A DNA stretch of 64,000 bases from a virus (Duplodnaviria > Caudoviricetes): positions 1-64,000 of IMG/VR virus record IMGVR_UViG_2852079565_000004; one strand, given 5' to 3'. Below the pieces are notes generated by a model, which did no database searches, was not told where the DNA came from, and saw only the letters and a program-made list of their open reading frames with translations. A program made the position numbers and the translations under genes. Positions 58,854 through 64,000 of this stretch are shown here, one piece after another (the stretch's first letter is position 1; each line of letters starts with the position of its first letter).

Positions 58854-59606
58854 ATGGACGATTTTCAACGCATTGAAGCTACTGCATTAACCATCATGAT
58901 AATGCAGGCTACTGAAATAATTGAAAAAGAAGAAGATACTGCTTGTCTTGTCGATGTTCCATACATACTGTGCAAAGCACTTTGCGAAGCGAACGATTCT
59001 GAGCTTTATACCCACTTAAAGCTAACTGATGAGCAAAGAGCAAAAAGCATCAGTGCAGTTACAGCTATGCTAGCGGATAACGATAATTGGCTAAGTCAAG
59101 CTGCTCATCTCTATAATCTATTTTCAAACCCACTAGGTAAAACTATACGAGACACCATCACTAAACAATATGATGAGAATCCACTGGTTAGAAAGATCAC
59201 TCGTTTATACCGTGGATTCGGTCTTGATTTAGTGCTTGGCGTCTGTGATGAACTCATTAACCAAGGTGTACCACCTAACAAGTTATTAGCTGACTTTTCC
59301 GATTATCAACTTGCCAACCTTCCCTGTGAAAACTTTGATGAAGTCGTACAAGTTAACGTCGATATTGGTGTTGTATCAGGTCAAATTGACAGCAAGGAAG
59401 CGAAGTATGGTGAATTAGCTGGTAACGTAGGCGGCTTCGTTGCAGGAGCCAAAGCAGGGGCGATCATCGGTTCATTCTTCCTCCCCGGTGTTGGCACAAT
59501 CGTCGGGGGTGGAATTGGAGCTGCTGCAGGTAAGGTATTTGGTAAACGCATGGGTAATCTTGCTGGTCAAGGCTTTACTGAGACAAAAGGCTCGAAATCT
59601 AAATAA
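58854..59606 (+). CDS. Protein with C-terminal glycine zipper
   Basis: GNVGGFVAGAKAGAIIGSFFLPGVGTIVGGGIGAAAG. Confidence 0.75.
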   Translation: MDDFQRIEATALTIMIMQATEIIEKEEDTACLVDVPYILCKALCEANDSELYTHLKLTDEQRAKSISAVTAMLADNDNWLSQAAHLYNLFSNPLGKTIRDTITKQYDENPLVRKITRLYRGFGLDLVLGVCDELINQGVPPNKLLADFSDYQLANLPCENFDEVVQVNVDIGVVSGQIDSKEAKYGELAGNVGGFVAGAKAGAIIGSFFLPGVGTIVGGGIGAAAGKVFGKRMGNLAGQGFTETKGSKSK

Positions 59607-59705
59607 CAATCTTCAAATATATGGCGGTTAGCAAAATAATCATAGGAATACTAACCGCCCCTACTCACTATCAAAATCAATAAACTCTTTAATGAAGAGG
59701 TCAAT

Positions 59706-60086
59706 ATGTACGCATCATTATATCTGTCATTTATGCTAGGCTCCGTTGCTATGGGAACAAACCCTGTAAGCACATACAATGACATGGAAACATGCAAACA
59801 AGCACAAAGCCAACTGACCGTTGCTGGCACGAAAGGTATGTCCATAAAGTCAACGTGCAGAGAAACACCGATGTACTACCCTTCAGGACCTTACCTCAAC
59901 GGTATCCTTGCTGGTGGTAAAGGCACTCAAGCAGGTAAAACACCACCGTATTCAGACCTTCACATCTTTGAAGATGACGAATACGAAACATGCGTCGGAG
60001 CAATTAAAGAAGTCGCTAAAAGCATGGAAAATGAACCCGCGATGCATGCCGTATTTTTCTGCGTGCCAGTACAAAAGAAAGTGTGA
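59706..60086 (+). CDS. Small Cys-containing, possibly exported protein
   Basis: Hydrophobic N-terminus; duplicated ETC..A...C motif. Confidence 0.6.
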   Translation: MYASLYLSFMLGSVAMGTNPVSTYNDMETCKQAQSQLTVAGTKGMSIKSTCRETPMYYPSGPYLNGILAGGKGTQAGKTPPYSDLHIFEDDEYETCVGAIKEVAKSMENEPAMHAVFFCVPVQKKV

Positions 60087-60384
60087 TTAATTTCCAATTA
60101 AAATAGCAAGTCCAAAAATTGGCTTGCTATTTAACTAAAACAATAAATTCGTATTTGTAATGGTCAATAAAAATTGATCATAGTTTTATGAGTATTCCCT
60201 ATATAATCGTTCTGATTCATTGGGTGCTAAACCACCATTATATTGATAAGACCTACGCTGAACATAATACCCAAGGTAAAGTAGTCAACTAACATCTAAT
60301 ATAAAATTGAATTTAACTTAATCAATTAAAAAATCACTCATTTCAATTAGTAAATTAGCCCTCTGTATCTAAGAGGGCTAATTA

Positions 60385-62880
60385 TTAGAAATTTAAATCA
60401 GTATCTTCCATTTCGGAATCCATCACTCCTGTAGTAGAATACTTAAGTAGCATGCTAGAGGTTGACTCTATTTTTGAGTCTTGAGAAACTTTATTAGTAA
60501 AGTATATTTTACGGATTCTTTCATAATATTCGCCCGCGATTTTTCTAGCTTCCTCTTTCCCTCTATATTTTTCAGCTATTTGAATATGACCCCTCGAAAG
60601 AGATACAAGAGGATAACCATCAATAATTTTAATTCTTCCCCCATCAAGCCTTAAGAAAATTTCTTCTGCTTCATCAAGTAAATCATATGCTAACTTCTCG
60701 TTATTACAACGTAATGCTATAATCATTTTCATTTGTGCATACGCATGTTCAATTTGTGGAGAGTTAGGATAAGCAATGTTAGCAATTTTTATTTTTTCAT
60801 AAGCATCATCATAATAACCAAAGTCCCTAAGGGCTATTCCATATTGAAGCAGAAATAAACCTTCATGTTCTAATTTTTTTTCATATTTATTATATAAACT
60901 CAGAACTAGTTCCTCATCATTACGTAATAATTTCCTAATATTTTTAGAATTCACTAACGATTTATAAATTGCTGCTTCTGTTTTTATAACGTTAGTTACT
61001 ATAGGGGTACTGTACACTGTAAAAGCTGAAATATATGCAGATAAAATACTATAAATATACTGAGTGTCTAAAAAATTATTGAATAATCTATCTATATAAT
61101 TATAATGCCTTGCTTCTATGAACCCGTTCTTATAATAAATAATACCATCCATCTCACTAGCAAGTTGAACTATATTCGCATTCAAATTCAGCTCAATTAA
61201 AGCTCTAGTTAGTGTGCTCTCATGAGCATCAACCCTCTGATATGTTGCAATACCAATTAAAACAAGTAATGCCTTATGAGAATTACTTGGAATTTTATCA
61301 AAATCATTTTTTATGATCTGATTATACCCTTCTCCCATAGTAGTTTCCATCAAGCCAATAAGAAGTTGCTTTCTAGATTTATTGATTAACTCATCCAACC
61401 TTTGCTTATGACTGAGCCTACCTAATTGAGTCCAAAATCCAAACTTTTCAACTTTATTCAAAATAAGTACTGCATCATTTTTATCAATCAAGGATATATC
61501 CATTTTCATATAGCTTTCTTGACTAAAATATTCTTGCCCCCTATGTTTCCAAATACTTTTACTTTCCGCACCTATAATCACCCCTTTCTTTATTCTATTT
61601 TCATATATGACCTCACCTATTACTTGGGCAGAATCAGCAATTCGATCAAGAAAAATAAAATACCTTCCTTCGTTTTTCTTTTCCAGCTCAACAATTAAAC
61701 TGGAAATATTAGCATTAATACTTTCAATGAAATAACATGGAATATTAATCTCAGAAAACTTTAAAGCAAGCTGTTTCAATAGAGTGGTCTTACCTGAACC
61801 AGCTGAACCAAAAATACAATATAAGTTTACACCATCTTTTTTCTTCGATAACTCAAGTAACTCAGCATATATTTTTTTTGTATTTTTCAATTCAGCAGGA
61901 ACACGGTCTAATATATCCTTCCATGTTGGTTTAAATCCTCTATAGAAATTCCTAATAGGGCTACCACTATCCCTTTCATTAAGAATTTGTATGTTAGCTC
62001 TACTTATTGGAAGTACATCTCTAAATATCTCTAAATAGTGAGATTTATCATCTTGCGCATTAACGTTATATTCAGGCCTACTATTTATTAATGTGTCTCT
62101 TGGGGTTAGAGGTTCTGGAAATTCATTTATTAACCATTGAGTAAAATCACTTAGCTTACCGGAAATATGTTCAATATTATATTCCTCCAGTGTAATTTTC
62201 TCTATGGTAGTAGCTGAGGGTGTAAGCACATAACTACGTTGCTCTTTGCTCGATGTTGCCCCTTTATACCTTTCTATCTGATGATAAAATAGTGGTTCTG
62301 ATAATTTAGTACCTATAAATAAAAATTTATAATTATAGAAGTCTACTCCTAATTCTTTATACCATAAAGGCTCTCTAGCGGAAGATTGTCCGTATTCCTG
62401 CTCAGAAAAAATATACCCATCATCAGGTCTTTTTATATCTCCATTTAGTTTAATATAATCTATATTATAAAATAGCTGGTCAGGTGGCGATACATTATCA
62501 TTTCTACCCCTAATATAAAGATTTTGCTTTGAATTTCTCGAAAAGGCATTTTCACATGCATCATCGATATTTAGGGTATATATTCTTCTAAAGACATATT
62601 TAGCTAGGGTATTATACTCCGCGGAAGGTTTACAATGGTTGAAATATGAGTCAAAAATATTATCAAGTTCATTTCCTAATATTTTTTTACTGGCTGAATA
62701 AACTTTATTCAATGGTTCATTTGAGTATTCTAAACCTGATTTTTCAGCTAGAATTTTAGCTAATTGATAACCTAGCGGTATCGGTTCGTTAAGTTTTGTA
62801 GTAGAAGAACCAGATGCTCCTGCACCAAGAAGCAATACAAGCCTACCTTCTTTAATAGCTTTTTTTATATCACCATTCAT
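60385..62880 (-). CDS. SIR2-like + P-loop NTPase + helical-repeat protein (Avs/STAND-like defence)
   Basis: LLLGAGAS, YTLNIDD, KLNG, FLFIG; GSAGSGKTT; helical C-terminus. Confidence 0.82.
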   Translation of the reverse strand: MNGDIKKAIKEGRLVLLLGAGASGSSTTKLNEPIPLGYQLAKILAEKSGLEYSNEPLNKVYSASKKILGNELDNIFDSYFNHCKPSAEYNTLAKYVFRRIYTLNIDDACENAFSRNSKQNLYIRGRNDNVSPPDQLFYNIDYIKLNGDIKRPDDGYIFSEQEYGQSSAREPLWYKELGVDFYNYKFLFIGTKLSEPLFYHQIERYKGATSSKEQRSYVLTPSATTIEKITLEEYNIEHISGKLSDFTQWLINEFPEPLTPRDTLINSRPEYNVNAQDDKSHYLEIFRDVLPISRANIQILNERDSGSPIRNFYRGFKPTWKDILDRVPAELKNTKKIYAELLELSKKKDGVNLYCIFGSAGSGKTTLLKQLALKFSEINIPCYFIESINANISSLIVELEKKNEGRYFIFLDRIADSAQVIGEVIYENRIKKGVIIGAESKSIWKHRGQEYFSQESYMKMDISLIDKNDAVLILNKVEKFGFWTQLGRLSHKQRLDELINKSRKQLLIGLMETTMGEGYNQIIKNDFDKIPSNSHKALLVLIGIATYQRVDAHESTLTRALIELNLNANIVQLASEMDGIIYYKNGFIEARHYNYIDRLFNNFLDTQYIYSILSAYISAFTVYSTPIVTNVIKTEAAIYKSLVNSKNIRKLLRNDEELVLSLYNKYEKKLEHEGLFLLQYGIALRDFGYYDDAYEKIKIANIAYPNSPQIEHAYAQMKMIIALRCNNEKLAYDLLDEAEEIFLRLDGGRIKIIDGYPLVSLSRGHIQIAEKYRGKEEARKIAGEYYERIRKIYFTNKVSQDSKIESTSSMLLKYSTTGVMDSEMEDTDLNF

Positions 62881-63415
62881 ATTCACCTCATTATCAATAT
62901 ATTTAATAAAAAAGATATATAGCATATATTTGAAAAAAAGCTAGTTATACGTTATTTTATTCAAAAAACAGGTATTTACCCATCTATGACTCCTTGATTT
63001 TTTTAAAGTATTATCCTCCGAAAGATATTTTCACATCTAAGATGGGATACCATTAATAATCTCACAGTAAAAATTAATGATTTACATTTTAATATCAAAA
63101 TATTACAACTAGCCACCTCCTCGTTTCATGATATACACGCATATTCACTAATACTGTTTATTTGCTTGTTTCTTTATTAATTATAAGTGATTCAAATAAC
63201 TCTCCATTATCTAATGTGAGTGTTATCCTATTAATTAAATTTTTTATAACATAATTAACATACCTAATTTCAATTCAACTCCCATAAGAGGAGTTGAATT
63301 AATAACAAACCTCAATACCACATACTTGCAGTCATAAACTGACTGTGCCACACTATTGTGCCATAAACTTCATCGACATAGATAGAAGAATCAAACAGTT
63401 ACATTGGGGAGGAGC

Positions 63416-63433
63416 TTCAAGCCAGCTCCACCA
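63416..63433 (+). repeat. Right att of island 2: ssrA fragment with 5-bp deletion
   Basis: TTCAA-GCCAGCTCCACCA versus ssrA TTCAActcccGCCAGCTCCACCA. Confidence 0.85.
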
Positions 63434-63586
63434 AATTTGGTGGGTCAGTGATAGGACAACAGGTTTAAAAACAGGAAGTTAGCAAAATTAGTTGGACTAG
63501 GTACTGGCAACATTAAGACTAGAAAGTGCACGTGAAATGCACGCGCATTTGAAAGTTACTAAAAGCTCACTTCGGTGGGCTTTTTT
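63421..63586 (+). repeat. Copy of 883-1049 (att arm + terminator) starting a third element or scar
   Basis: 78/79 identity over 63421-63499, collinear to a near-identical terminator. Confidence 0.85.
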
Positions 63587-63731
63587 ATTGTTCATAGAAA
63601 AACAACCTATTAAGGTTATTTCTTTGTAGCTCAAATTTAGAAATGGTAGAATTAATTGGAGCTTTCTTACTTTTACAATAAAACATTAGCCGTTTAACAG
63701 TAAAAACGTGTTTTTATAGCGGCTTTATCGA

Positions 63732-63890
63732 CTACTCAGACAACTGTTTTATCACTTGGTAATACAGTGATGGGTCTTTAAAATTCTTAGCCGTAGCTTT
63801 AGTTCCGTACTCGCTCAAATGTCCACCATCATAAGTATATGGTAGATTTTCAGATGTCAGCTCATCACCTAATTCAGAGCCATATAGCAT
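63732..63890 (-). pseudogene. Fragment resembling an SGNH-domain C-terminus (O-acetyltransferase-like)
   Basis: 52 aa ORF containing PYTYDGGHLSEYG (DxxH motif). Confidence 0.45.
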
Positions 63891-64000
63891 TTTTCTAATT
63901 GGATAGGTCTGATAATATAAACCTATCCAATCTTATTTTTAACTCAAACGATACCAACCCATAAGCATAATATACGCATTCGTCACTGTTAGAGCCGTGC

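Larger units (their letters stand above)
47955..63433. mobile_element. Capsid-less integrative island (satellite-like or mobilisable) at ssrA
   Basis: Integrase at left end, primase-helicase, paired TGTGCC arm-like repeats at both ends, ssrA fragment at right end. Confidence 0.85.

Noticed and set aside
63272-63300. Hairpin AATTCAACTCC-N7-GGAGTTGAATT containing TTCAACTCCC as an extra att site
   Set aside because: Only a 10-bp match to the ssrA T-arm with no CCAGCTCCACCA; more simply a terminator-like hairpin.
1-64000. CRISPR array, retron or diversity-generating retroelement
   Set aside because: No regularly spaced repeat-spacer array, no cas genes and no reverse transcriptase motif in any ORF.

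Overview
AT-rich enterobacterial chromosome (Morganellaceae-like, probably Providencia; inferred only) at the smpB-ssrA locus, with a tandem array of elements integrated in the tmRNA 3' end. (1) An apparently complete ~47.1 kb lambdoid siphovirus prophage (28-bp att core at 868-895 and 47955-47982) with integration, immunity, replication, Q/lysis, head and lambda-like tail modules. Its accessory genes include a GmrSD-like DUF262/DUF1524 nuclease, a cor-position lipoprotein, LexA-boxed umuDC, a Gp49-family protein, a CsrA paralog, a Lar-like protein and three methyltransferase genes (one a C5+N6A fusion with a nested alternative-frame ORF). (2) A ~15.5 kb capsid-less island (47955-63433) with a tyrosine integrase, Toprim/DUF927 primase-helicase, EexN-like lipoprotein, ybhD/ybhH-like pair, RadC, serine resolvase, an unknown three-gene cluster and a SIR2-NTPase (Avs-like) defence gene. 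(3) The start of an older related element or scar from 63421. Highlights read from the sequence: a late gene built from pieces of the phage's own tail-tip and tape-measure proteins (candidate decoy / tail-assembly counter-defence) near a convergent gene pair; three predicted -1 frameshifts, two appending Ig-like domains to capsid and tail tube; a nested ORF in the fused methylase; duplicated GTTAC-rich origin-like repeats bracketing island cargo. Family assignments come from motif recognition, not database searches.
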